This document shows, one piece after another, positions 9,437 to 18,414 of a stretch of 64,000 bases of DNA. The stretch comes from a bacterium. Lineage in GTDB: Bacteria; SM23-31. The position numbers and the translations under genes were made by a program. The notes under the pieces are model-generated. The model had not been told where the DNA came from. It searched no databases and saw only the letters and a list, made by a program, of their open reading frames with translations. Positions within the stretch are counted from its first letter, which is position 1, and every line of letters starts with the position of its first letter. The stretch lies in contig OZ252239.1 of assembly GCA_965249485.1 (NCBI GenBank), forward strand, positions 2,592,001 to 2,656,000. Direction: 5' to 3'.

Positions 9437-11367
9437 TGTCGCCTCCTTATTTCGTCAACAATTTTATTTTGAAAATCCTGAACACTCATAAGACCGAGAT
9501 CTCCCTCTTTTCCCTGTCGTACAGAAACTTTTCCGGATTCAACCTCTTTATCGCCAACAATGAGCATATAGGGTACTTTCTTTAGCTCGTTGTCTCGTAT
9601 TTTATATCCAACCTTTTCATTTCGGTTATCAAGATTGACACGAATTTTGTCATGGGCAAATTCACTAAAAAGTGACTTTGCAAACTCATGGTGTTTTTCG
9701 CTGACCGGAATAATAACAACCTGTTCAGGAGCAAGCCACAGTGGAAATCTTCCGCCATACTGTTCAATCAATATTCCTATAAACCGCTCAACAGAACCAA
9801 AAATAGCTCTATGTATCATGACTGGAGTTTCTTTTTGTCCCGATTTTCCGATATAGGATGCACCGAGTCGCTCAGGCATCGAAAAATCAAGCTGTATTGT
9901 ACCACATTGCCACATTCTTCTGAGACAGTCTTTAATATGAAAATCTATCTTGGGTCCATAAAAAGCACCCTCACCCTTACTCACTTTGTAATCAATTTCC
10001 AGTGTAGTGAGAGCATCGGCCAGAACACTTTCGGAAAAATCCCAGATTTCTTGCGATCCTATAGCTTTTTTAGGCTTCGTCGATAATTCTATAAGAACAT
10101 TTTCAAATCCAAAAGTATTGTAAATTTCCAATGTCAAACGTATAATGTTTATAATTTCGTCTTTCATAAGATCGCGTGTGCAATATACATGCGCATCATC
10201 TTGAGTAAACTGTCTTACACGTAGCAAACCATGTAATACCCCGCTCTTTTCGTGCCGGTGCACTAGACCTAACTCCGACAATTTCAGCGGAAAGTCTTTG
10301 TACGACCACATCCTGTTATTATAAACAAGAAGCCCCCCAGGACAATTCATTGGTTTGATCGCATAATCATTACTATCGATCTTAGTGAAGTACATGTTTT
10401 CTTTATAATGGTCCCAATGACCGCTCTTATGCCACAATTCATCATTTAGAATAATCGGGGTCTTGAGCTCCTGATACCCTTCCCTTTGATGAACTTCACG
10501 CCAGTAATCAAGAATTTGGTTGTATAGAACCATCCCCTTGCCGTGCCAGAACACAAAACCAGGAGCTTCTGGCTGAAAGCTGAAGAGATCAAGTTCTTTT
10601 CCTAATTTGCGATGATCACGAAGCTTGGATTCTTTTAAAAACTCCAAATGATCTTTAAGCTGTTGTTCTTTTGGGAATGATACACCATAAATGCGCTGAA
10701 GCATTTTATTGCGTTCATCTCCACGCCAATATGCGCCTGCAAGGCTTGTTAGCTTAATGTGTTTTATTTTCCCAGTAGAAGGTAAATGGGGACCTCTACA
10801 GAGGTCAACAAATTCTCCCTGAGTATATACTTTTTTAGTCTCATCATCACCGATATCTTCTAATATCTCAAGCTTATATTCTTCGTTGCGTTTGGAAAAA
10901 ATCTCTCTGGCTTCTTTTGAATCTACAATTTTACTGTTGATTGGAAGATCTTCTTTGATAAGCTTTTGCATCTCCCCTTCAATACGTTCAAGCTCTTCGG
11001 GTGTCAGCGACACATCCAAATCGATATCATAATAGAAACCGGTATCAATCGGAGGTCCTATAGCAATCTGAGCATCCGGCCAGAGCCGTTTAACAGCTTG
11101 AGCCATAAGATGAGATGTGCTGTGCCAATATATTTCTTGCCCTTCGGTGGAATTAAACGTTAAAATTTCAAGAGAACCGTCCGATTCCAGTGGAGAATCC
11201 AGATCGATAAGAGATCCATTGAATTTTGCTCCGACGGTATCTTTATGCAAACGGTTGCCTATAGCTTTTGCGACATCAAGAGCCGTAGATTCAGAAACAA
11301 AATCCTTTTTACTTCCATCCGGGAGTGTAATCTCAATTTTATTTTCTATTTCGACTTCTGAATTCAT
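9433..11367 (-). CDS. thrS: Threonine--tRNA ligase
   Basis: TGS domain, DLCRGPH, RDHRKLG, KPMNCPG and GAFYGPKID motifs. Confidence 0.98.
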   Translation of the reverse strand: MNSEVEIENKIEITLPDGSKKDFVSESTALDVAKAIGNRLHKDTVGAKFNGSLIDLDSPLESDGSLEILTFNSTEGQEIYWHSTSHLMAQAVKRLWPDAQIAIGPPIDTGFYYDIDLDVSLTPEELERIEGEMQKLIKEDLPINSKIVDSKEAREIFSKRNEEYKLEILEDIGDDETKKVYTQGEFVDLCRGPHLPSTGKIKHIKLTSLAGAYWRGDERNKMLQRIYGVSFPKEQQLKDHLEFLKESKLRDHRKLGKELDLFSFQPEAPGFVFWHGKGMVLYNQILDYWREVHQREGYQELKTPIILNDELWHKSGHWDHYKENMYFTKIDSNDYAIKPMNCPGGLLVYNNRMWSYKDFPLKLSELGLVHRHEKSGVLHGLLRVRQFTQDDAHVYCTRDLMKDEIINIIRLTLEIYNTFGFENVLIELSTKPKKAIGSQEIWDFSESVLADALTTLEIDYKVSKGEGAFYGPKIDFHIKDCLRRMWQCGTIQLDFSMPERLGASYIGKSGQKETPVMIHRAIFGSVERFIGILIEQYGGRFPLWLAPEQVVIIPVSEKHHEFAKSLFSEFAHDKIRVNLDNRNEKVGYKIRDNELKKVPYMLIVGDKEVESGKVSVRQGKEGDLGLMSVQDFQNKIVDEIRRRQ

Positions 11368-11405
11368 TAAAAAATAGTTAAAAGGTTTTTGGATTTATCA
11401 ATATG

Positions 11406-11453
11406 TGGGCGATACTGGATTCGAACCAGTGACTTCTTGCACGTCAAGCAAGC
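11406..11453 (-). repeat. att site: displaced 3' part of tRNA-Val(GAC)
   Basis: 48-bp direct repeat of 14143-14190 with 2 mismatches. Confidence 0.93.
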
Positions 11454-11593
11454 GGTCACGGTCTGGCATTAATTGTCTAAATCATTGATAATTAAAAACA
11501 TGAGCAACTTTCCAAAGACAGGTATCACCACGATTTCAATTGAGATTGTTGCTGTATCTCGTCAATTATTGTCAAATAATAAACAAGAGGATA

Positions 11594-11622
11594 AATATAA
11601 GAAACATAAGAATTAAAGTCAA
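11594..11622 (-). promoter_or_regulatory. Outward-facing sigma70-like promoter inside the element, pointing at thrS
   Basis: TTGACT-N17-TATATT on the minus strand. Confidence 0.5.
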
Positions 11623-11687
11623 GAATCAAAAGGGAGCTGATATGATTTACAAAATTGACACAATCGGTATCTAATAGGGATTCGCAA

Positions 11688-11891
11688 ATGTCTGATCTAA
11701 AGAATTTAAAAGATACGGCGGACACAATTATCGATGAATTCGAGAAGCTCTGCGCCCTGAAAGGGCATCCTAAATTGGAGTTCATTGGTGAACAGGAATC
11801 GGCTGGCGGCGACCCGATTTACGTGTACAACTGTCAGTACTGCGGGACTGCAGTGAGCGGTGATCCGCCGGAGGATTACGAATGCACGTAG
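11688..11891 (+). CDS. Small Cys-rich, zinc-ribbon-like hypothetical protein
   Basis: C...GH...CQYC...C pattern; AGGGA before the ATG at 11688. Confidence 0.55.
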   Translation: MSDLKNLKDTADTIIDEFEKLCALKGHPKLEFIGEQESAGGDPIYVYNCQYCGTAVSGDPPEDYECT

Positions 11892-11952
11892 TAGAATACA
11901 CCCCCTTAGGGGCAGCGATCATCAAGGTTCAACATTAATGGAGATATTTCCA

Positions 11953-12006
11953 ATGCAGAAAGAATACATTCTTGCAGGTGGCGATCCTCTTGAGGGCGGA
12001 GCTTAA
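11953..12006 (+). CDS. Possible 17-aa peptide or truncated gene (MQKEYILAGGDPLEGGA)
   Basis: GGAGA SD-like sequence before the ATG; very short. Confidence 0.2.
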   Translation: MQKEYILAGGDPLEGGA

Positions 12007-12087
12007 TATAGGATTAAGATGCCGTTCATTATCCGCATCATCGTATGGATGCTGCGAATCTTCAGTGTTGAGTATAAGGAAGCGACA

Positions 12088-12303
12088 ATGAGGTACAAAA
12101 CCATCAAAAAACCACGAGGATTGAGAAAGTTCACATTAACTCATGAGATGATAAGCAAGTACGCCGGCATAAAACTTATGTTCTATACCGACACGAAGGG
12201 CAATCAGTATGTGATGTGGAATTCATCATACAGACGGTACAATGAAGATGGTTCATTTAGCACGAGAAAGATAGAAGAATGGAGAAAGGCGGTCTTGGAA
12301 TGA
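12088..12303 (+). CDS. Small basic hypothetical protein (phage-like)
   Basis: ORF with AAGGA before the ATG at 12088; no recognisable family. Confidence 0.5.
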   Translation: MRYKTIKKPRGLRKFTLTHEMISKYAGIKLMFYTDTKGNQYVMWNSSYRRYNEDGSFSTRKIEEWRKAVLE

Positions 12304-12403
12304 ATTTTAAAGACGCATATGAATTCGCTCTTGCGCTGCTTTTCATAGGTGCATGGTACTGTGCATTGGCGTTGTGGCATATCGCAATGAAAGGGGTGTG
12401 ATT

Positions 12404-12745
12404 ATGAATGATGAAAAAGAAGTGTGCCAGCGTGCTGTTGAATGGCAGGATAGTTTGCTCTCAGAGAGTAAATTTGATGAGCTTATTATGAAAGCCATCG
12501 AACGGGCAGACTCTGGCAACCTCAATAAGATTTGGAAAGTATTCCCGGTCCATGTTGAGGCGTTCCTTAGAGTTAACAATATGCACGATAATCCGTTTGT
12601 AAAGTTCGAGGACAGCCCCACATGGTACAAAGAGACGGAGGACGCATACTGGAAAGATCAGGATATGAAAGAACAATCCGAAAGGGACAGAAACTTGATA
12701 AACGACTGTTTGATGGTGAATGTTATACGTGGGTTCACGGTCTAA
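12404..12745 (+). CDS. Acidic hypothetical protein (phage-like)
   Basis: AAGGGGTG SD-like sequence before the ATG at 12404; no recognisable family. Confidence 0.55.
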   Translation: MNDEKEVCQRAVEWQDSLLSESKFDELIMKAIERADSGNLNKIWKVFPVHVEAFLRVNNMHDNPFVKFEDSPTWYKETEDAYWKDQDMKEQSERDRNLINDCLMVNVIRGFTV

Positions 12746-12968
12746 CTCCTTAGAATAGGCACATTACTGGCACAGGCAACGCTACTGGCATAGGCGAAGC
12801 TAAACATCTTAATCGAGGGATAATGAAACCCATCAAGCTTAAAATAATCGCCATATGCACATACAGTCGCGCCCAATCTGATATCCCTCATCTCGACATT
12901 ATTAAGCTCTTAAAACTCTCACAAAAAAATGCTTGACTTTTTTCTGTAATATTATACCGACATTGTGG

Positions 12969-13081
12969 GTGAAAACGATCTTAAAAGGATTTTTTATGCC
13001 CGAAAATACTGGGCAGTTATCTGGTTTCATTAAGATATATATCCTTTTGAGACGTTTTCGCAGATAGCTGTCCATTTTTTT
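12969..13081 (+). ncRNA. Structured RNA leader upstream of the integrase
   Basis: 21-bp stem 12969-12990/13041-13061 and 14-bp stem 13010-13023/13061-13074 followed by T7; all non-Watson-Crick pairs are G-U on the + strand. Confidence 0.6.
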
Positions 13082-13110
13082 ATGGAATAAAATGGAATAA
13101 ATTGGAATCC
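13082..13110 (+). repeat. 10-bp-period direct repeats (ATGGAATAAA x2 plus TTGGAATCC), possible integrase arm or excisionase sites
   Basis: Seen directly, 17 bp before the integrase ATG. Confidence 0.5.
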
Positions 13111-13127
13111 AACAGATAATTTAAAAA

Positions 13128-14102
13128 ATGTCTAAAATCGTAGTCAGATTGCAAAAGGACAAGCGTGGTAGTTACTATCTCGACTATCATGATCTTCTTG
13201 GCAATCGGAGAAGATTGAGAGTCGGCACCCTTGAGTCTGTTGCTCAGAAAATTGCCGTGAAATACACGGAATGGTTAATGGACGGCAAGAATCCGGAAGC
13301 GGAAATTTCCAAAATGGAGCAACGCGCGAAAGCCCGGAACGTAACGGTTAAAGAGTTCTTTCCGATATTTATGAAGCGGCATGGATCGCAACAAAGCGTC
13401 AGCATGCAAAATCTTTATGAAGCAATGTTCAAGAATATATGTCGTGCGAAAGAGATTGCTGATTGTGCCATCGGAAGTGTAACGAGAGGGCTTATTCTTG
13501 ACTATATGCACGCACGTATAGAACGAGATCATGTTAAGAATGCAACAGTGAACCGTGAAGCGTCTTTTTTGCGTGGCATGTTATCACGTGCTGTTGAATG
13601 GGATATAATGTCGTACAATCCAGTGCAGAAGATTAAACTTCTGAGAGAATCCCCCAAGCGTGAAGTTGATTTATCGGTCGAGGCTATAGAGAAGTTTTAT
13701 TTATCACATCATGCAGCAAAACTACTCAAGAAGGTGATTGGTCGGCAGAAATCAGGGCCAGCATTTGTTAATCCTGATACACAAAAGCGATATACGAAAT
13801 CAATATTAAAGACATTTCGCCGGCATATTCGTGAGTTAAATATCCGTATTGAGGACGGCAGCTATTTAAGATTTCATGATCTGCGGCACGTCAATACCTC
13901 TTGGTTGAAAAACCAGGGAGTTAGTCTTGAAGATATACGAGTGTTATTGGGGCACCTGAACGTGAAAACAACCGATAGATATGTCACGGTTGATAAATCG
14001 CTGATAGGAAAACATTTAAACAAAATTCCGCAAATCAGAAGGTCACACGTGCTGGGTGAGTCGGCGGCAATTGGCAGTAAACACAAATTGGGTGTTTGTT
14101 AA
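13128..14102 (+). CDS. Tyrosine recombinase/integrase with an in-frame deletion of catalytic box I
   Basis: Arm-binding N-terminus, ATVNRE, FHDLRH and LLGH...TTDRY are present; the TGxRxxE and beta-hairpin Lys segment is absent. Confidence 0.88.
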   Translation: MSKIVVRLQKDKRGSYYLDYHDLLGNRRRLRVGTLESVAQKIAVKYTEWLMDGKNPEAEISKMEQRAKARNVTVKEFFPIFMKRHGSQQSVSMQNLYEAMFKNICRAKEIADCAIGSVTRGLILDYMHARIERDHVKNATVNREASFLRGMLSRAVEWDIMSYNPVQKIKLLRESPKREVDLSVEAIEKFYLSHHAAKLLKKVIGRQKSGPAFVNPDTQKRYTKSILKTFRRHIRELNIRIEDGSYLRFHDLRHVNTSWLKNQGVSLEDIRVLLGHLNVKTTDRYVTVDKSLIGKHLNKIPQIRRSHVLGESAAIGSKHKLGVC

Positions 14103-14139
14103 TGCAGACAAAAAAGACACGCAGGTTATTGTTTTTACT

Positions 14140-14216
14140 TGGTAGGCGATACTGGATTCGAACCAGTGACCTCTTGCACGTCAAGCAAGCACTCTAACCA
14201 ACTGAGCTAATCGCCC
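14140..14216 (-). tRNA. tRNA-Val(GAC)
   Basis: GGGCGATTAGCTCAGTTGG...CTTGC-TTGACGT-GCAAG...GGTTCGAATCC...ACCA. Confidence 0.97.
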
Positions 14217-14229
14217 ATTCAAAAATTAT

Positions 14230-14267
14230 AAAAAATGGCGTGCCAACTGTCAGTGCGACACACCATT
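14230..14267 (-). terminator. Terminator-like hairpin in the leader of tRNA-Val
   Basis: AATGGTGTGTC/GGCACGCCATT stem with G-U pairs plus a T-run on the minus strand. Confidence 0.6.
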
Positions 14268-14361
14268 CAAAACGTAACTACTTCATTTCTGCTATTATTG
14301 CTCCTAGGCGTTTTCTGTTGCCGGTATCGTTGGCAATAAAAATCTACTATTAAAATGCAAA

Positions 14362-14390
14362 AATATAATTAATATTACTTTGAAAATCAA
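14362..14390 (-). promoter_or_regulatory. sigma70-like promoter for the leader and tRNA-Val
   Basis: TTGATT-N17-TATATT. Confidence 0.55.
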
Positions 14391-14569
14391 GGAATTTACA
14401 ACTGGAGTTTACCCACTTTTATTTTCCTGCCATTATTATTACACATCATCATAATTGTATCTTTACTATGCTACCATTATGCCATCTTATACTTTTCTTA
14501 GTTACACGATAGAAATGTCTTGACATAGCTAAGAGAGTTTAGTCTTATTCATACACTGGATAACATAGA

Positions 14570-14903
14570 AGCTTCGTTATAAGCGAAAAGATTAATGTCA
14601 TAGCTGCGCTTAAAGAGTAGGAAAGAAAACTGCTCGCACAAGCAAATACCATACGTGAAGCTATCACCATTCTGCAAGAGGGGCTTAATATTTCAGATAG
14701 CGAAATTGCTAACGAGTGCAGAAGATTTAAAATCTTCAATTGGTATATCTGAAGCGATCAGAAGAGCGTTTGAAGAATACCCGGATCGTGATTGGACACC
14801 TCCAATGCTACGTGATGCGATGAATAAGTTGCACAGTGAAAAGCTATTAGATTCCGAGGCTAAGGATTTGCTAACATCTATCCGTAGCAAAACAAATCTA
14901 TAA
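14570..14903 (+). pseudogene. Degraded hypothetical gene (coiled coil plus possible HTH)
   Basis: Protein-like text INVIAALKE*ERKLLAQANTIREAITILQEG continues after a frameshift as SIGISEAIRRAFEEYPDRDWTP. Confidence 0.35.
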
Positions 14904-15062
14904 TCCTCAACCACCAAGTTACAGTGTCTCGAAACGAGGCAAGCTCTCTCCAGTTAGATTAGGTCGTGGTTTCCCGGCAAGAAACACGTCCCTCTCTTCC
15001 CAAAGAGCCTGTGATAAGCGAAGCATCTGGCGGTAGGGCCTCAGTCCCAGTCGAAAACAGTG

Positions 15063-15621
15063 TATCGCATCAAGAATTGGTCGTTGTATTAATCCGCCCT
15101 GGTCACACGGGGTAGCCTGACGATGCGTCTGGTGAATGAATTTGACTGGCTTGAATGTCTAGGGCGAGGGCACGTGGAAGGTCCGCCAATATGGAGGGAC
15201 CAAACGGTGGGCATAGGTGCAGACCCGAACGACCAATAGTATTGATGATGCGCGGCGTCGTGGAGGCGGTAGATGGGGATGGGGCCTATGACCAATACAA
15301 GGGGTTTTCGACGCGCTGGCTCTGGATGAGGTCATCCTGGCGGTCCGACGTAAAGGGCACAAAGCATGGAAACAGACCAGCGCTATCTTCGACGCTCGTT
15401 GCTCGTTGGCTGAAACGCAGATCTATCGTTATACGTAGCTCATTGGGGACAAGCTGCGAGCGCGGAATGGGTCAGCCAACAGGTTGAAAGTCGGCTGGGC
15501 TGTACAATCCTCAATCGAATGATCCATTTGGGAAAACCGGACGCTTATACCATAGAAAAAATTAACTGATCAAGAAAGAACACCAGCACGACACCTTCGA
15601 GATTTTTCATGCAGCAAAGCC
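15063..15621 (+). mobile_element. IS5-family (IS903-group) transposase relic with right terminal IR
   Basis: Cross-frame reading YRIKNWSLY*SALVTRGSLT ... DGDGAYD ... AWKQTS-YLRRSL-AETQIYRY ... LNRMIHLGKP*; ends in GCAGCAAAGCC, resembling the IS903 IR end. Confidence 0.8.
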
Positions 15622-15633
15622 CCTACAAAGCCC

Positions 15634-18414
15634 CTAAAAACTGTAAGTAAACTTTCCGTACCAGAACGCGCCGCTGTAACCAAATGGGGTAAACTGACTG
15701 TACTTATTGCCAGTGGCCGCAGCAGCATTCGGATTTTCATCCGAATAGGTATTGAGGATGTTCTGCGCGCCAACACTTACCATTAATCCATTAGCAAGCG
15801 AATAACTCGACTCGAGATCGAACAGGAGGAACTCGCTTCCGTAGGCTTGTTGATCATCGTCATCCCACCAGGATGAGTAGTAACTCCAGCGACCCAGGAC
15901 GCCTAGATTGTCTGTTAGAGCTTGTGTCAGAGTCAGACTGGCACGGCTGCTGGGAAGGCTTTCCTGTAATTCCTTGATGCGGCCCTCGCTGAGGGTCGCG
16001 GGGTTGTGTTTGGTAACTTCTGTGTTTGTGAGGTTGTAGGCGAAGATCAGTTCGCCGGCCGGGCCCGTCGGAGTAGTGATGATAATGTCCATACCATTAG
16101 TTGTTGTCTCAAAATCGTTGATAAAGTAGCGGAAGTTTGCTAAGTTGCGCACGTAGGGCACTTCTCCATCTCCACCCACTCCATCTGCTCCATGCTCGAA
16201 CAGTGTGATCTTTTCCTCCGTAAGGTTCTCCAGAAGAGAGAAGTCCTGCGAGAGGGCAAGGCGATCTTTCACCCGGATGTCGAAATAGTCGATCGTTACG
16301 TCGAACCCCGGAAGATCGACAACAAAACCAGCGGTGAAGTTATTCGACTTTTCAGCTTCGAGAGACTTGCTACCTACCAGTCTGGCGACGGGATTGTTCG
16401 AGGGAATGGTGCCGTTGTTCACCAGATCATTCAGGGCAAGATCAAATTGAGTCGATACATTGAAGGAATTCTGCTGCCCGGGTGTCGGTGCCCTGAAACC
16501 GGTGCTGTAACTGCTGCGCATTTTCAGGTCGTCGCTGATACCGTAGTTGGTCGCCAGCTTGTAGTTGGTGGTGCTGCCAAAATCATCGAAGTTTTCATGG
16601 CGCAGTGCAGCACCCAGGAGCCAGTTCTCAAGCGGGTAGTACTCGGCTTCGGTATAGATGGAGGCGTTGGAGCGATCCCAAGTGCCGGCGGCAATATCGG
16701 GGAACCCATTAAAGCCATTAGACCCTGAGCTGAATCCCTGAGTGGCCAAAGGGCCTATAGACCAAGACTCTTTTTGGCCGGCCACGATTTCAAATGTTTC
16801 CGTGCGATACTCGAGGCCCGCAGCAAGGAAAAGCTGTTTGTTGACCAGTTTGGTAAAGTCGAGGTTCACATTAGTGTCCGTCTGAATGTAGTCTCCCGGA
16901 TCAAATGACGTCGGCGAGTCGGGGCCGAGAGAAGCGTTCACGGTATTAAAAATGAAGAAGTCGGAGTGATGGCGGCCATACGAAGCAGAGAAATCCCAGG
17001 TGAACGTCGGTTGCGGACTCGGATTCGTCCCCTTAACCCCAACCAGGAAAGAGACATCCTGTGTATTGGCGCCAAATCGGGGCGTGAAACCACCGGGTCT
17101 TCCAGGAAAATTTCCCTGTTGTTCCTGGAACGTAAAACAATTGTCGTCATTAAAAACCTGTGCCAAGGCATCGGAGTCCGGCACGTTAGCGGTGATCGCC
17201 ACATTGGGGCAATCACCACCCATATTCACACCATCTAGATCGCCGACAAGTAATGTTTGACCTCTGTCTCCACTGAACACGGCAGCTCGTGTATTTGGGT
17301 TGCGATAATAGAATCCACCTTCCACTTCCTTGGCGGCAAGGTTGCCGTGACCGTACAACGAAATGTTATCCGCCAGGCTGGCACCGTAGTTAGCGAAGAA
17401 CTTCACGTCGTTTCTAATAATAGGTTGACCCCATCTCTGGGCAGGGTTGGCCACGTGATTATTGCCCGCAGCAACCAGAGCTTTGGCGTCATTTCGCTGC
17501 ACGGAGCGGACGGTCTCACCCGCATTGCCGTACTCCAGACTGAGATTGGCCCACGCACTTTCGCTGCCCAAACCCATATTGCCAGCGACGGCATACGTGA
17601 AACCATCACCTTCCTGGAAAATACCGGGTTTAAATTCGATAGACACCCCTTTGTAACTGTCTTTCAGTTGAAAATTCATCACCCCGGCAATGGCGTCGGA
17701 ACCATACTGCGCGGACGCGCCGTCGCGCAGTACTTCTACCTGCTGCAGGGCAATGGACGGGATGGCGGACAGATCAGGCCCCTGCGCTCCATCGGAGACA
17801 CCGTTGCCAGACCAGTAAATCACCGAGGCGCGGTGGCGGCGCTTGCCGTTGACGAGCACCAGCGTGTGATCGGGCGCCAACCCCCGCATGTTGGCCGGTC
17901 GGACGATGGTCGCTGCATCGCTGATTGGCTGGGTATTGACGTTGTACGAGGGCACGATATTTTTTAGAAGATCGGGTAAATCCGTGCCACCTTGCTTGAC
18001 GATGTCTTCGCTCTTGACAACGTCAATAGGCACGGCCGAATCAATTATAGAACGCGGCTGCATGCGCGAACCGACTCCGGTGACAACGATCTCATCTGTT
18101 CCGAACACGTCAGTTTCCAGACTGAAATTCAGATTTAAGGTATCATCTCCCGGCGAAAGAACTCTTTCAGCGGTTCTGTATCCGACGAAACTGACGACAA
18201 GTGTATAGTCCTCATTGTTGGTATACTGAAACGAGAACCGCCCGTCAACACCAGTTGAAGCGCCGATAGACGTGCCCTGAACAGTCGCATTTGCACCGAC
18301 CAAGGGATCGCCTGTTTCGGCGTCAGTAATAACTCCTGTGTGTTCCTGTCCAAATGAGGTCGTCGCTAGAATAAGGATTAAGAAAAATAAACCTAAAGTA
18401 GCGATTCTTTTCAT
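15634..18414 (-). CDS. TonB-dependent receptor with N-terminal carboxypeptidase-regulatory-like domain
   Basis: Signal peptide, EIVVTG, plug motifs LVLVNGKRRH and VEVLRDGASAQYGSDAIAGV, C-terminal YSF; GGAGG SD before the ATG at 18414. Confidence 0.92.
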   Translation of the reverse strand: MKRIATLGLFFLILILATTSFGQEHTGVITDAETGDPLVGANATVQGTSIGASTGVDGRFSFQYTNNEDYTLVVSFVGYRTAERVLSPGDDTLNLNFSLETDVFGTDEIVVTGVGSRMQPRSIIDSAVPIDVVKSEDIVKQGGTDLPDLLKNIVPSYNVNTQPISDAATIVRPANMRGLAPDHTLVLVNGKRRHRASVIYWSGNGVSDGAQGPDLSAIPSIALQQVEVLRDGASAQYGSDAIAGVMNFQLKDSYKGVSIEFKPGIFQEGDGFTYAVAGNMGLGSESAWANLSLEYGNAGETVRSVQRNDAKALVAAGNNHVANPAQRWGQPIIRNDVKFFANYGASLADNISLYGHGNLAAKEVEGGFYYRNPNTRAAVFSGDRGQTLLVGDLDGVNMGGDCPNVAITANVPDSDALAQVFNDDNCFTFQEQQGNFPGRPGGFTPRFGANTQDVSFLVGVKGTNPSPQPTFTWDFSASYGRHHSDFFIFNTVNASLGPDSPTSFDPGDYIQTDTNVNLDFTKLVNKQLFLAAGLEYRTETFEIVAGQKESWSIGPLATQGFSSGSNGFNGFPDIAAGTWDRSNASIYTEAEYYPLENWLLGAALRHENFDDFGSTTNYKLATNYGISDDLKMRSSYSTGFRAPTPGQQNSFNVSTQFDLALNDLVNNGTIPSNNPVARLVGSKSLEAEKSNNFTAGFVVDLPGFDVTIDYFDIRVKDRLALSQDFSLLENLTEEKITLFEHGADGVGGDGEVPYVRNLANFRYFINDFETTTNGMDIIITTPTGPAGELIFAYNLTNTEVTKHNPATLSEGRIKELQESLPSSRASLTLTQALTDNLGVLGRWSYYSSWWDDDDQQAYGSEFLLFDLESSYSLANGLMVSVGAQNILNTYSDENPNAAAATGNKYSQFTPFGYSGAFWYGKFTYSF

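Larger units (their letters stand above)
11406..14190. mobile_element. Small tRNA-Val-integrated element (genomic islet or prophage remnant)
   Basis: Bounded by an intact tRNA-Val and a duplicate of its 3' end; contains a tyrosine integrase and small orphan ORFs on the strand opposite to the host genes. Confidence 0.9.

Noticed and set aside
12760..12792. TACTGGCACAGGC / TACTGGCATAGGC repeat as a CRISPR or iteron array
   Set aside because: Only two short copies, no spacers and no cas or rep gene
15089..15487. ORFs 15155-15487, 15089-15295 and 15159-15362 as real genes
   Set aside because: They are off-frame or partial readings of the broken IS5 transposase
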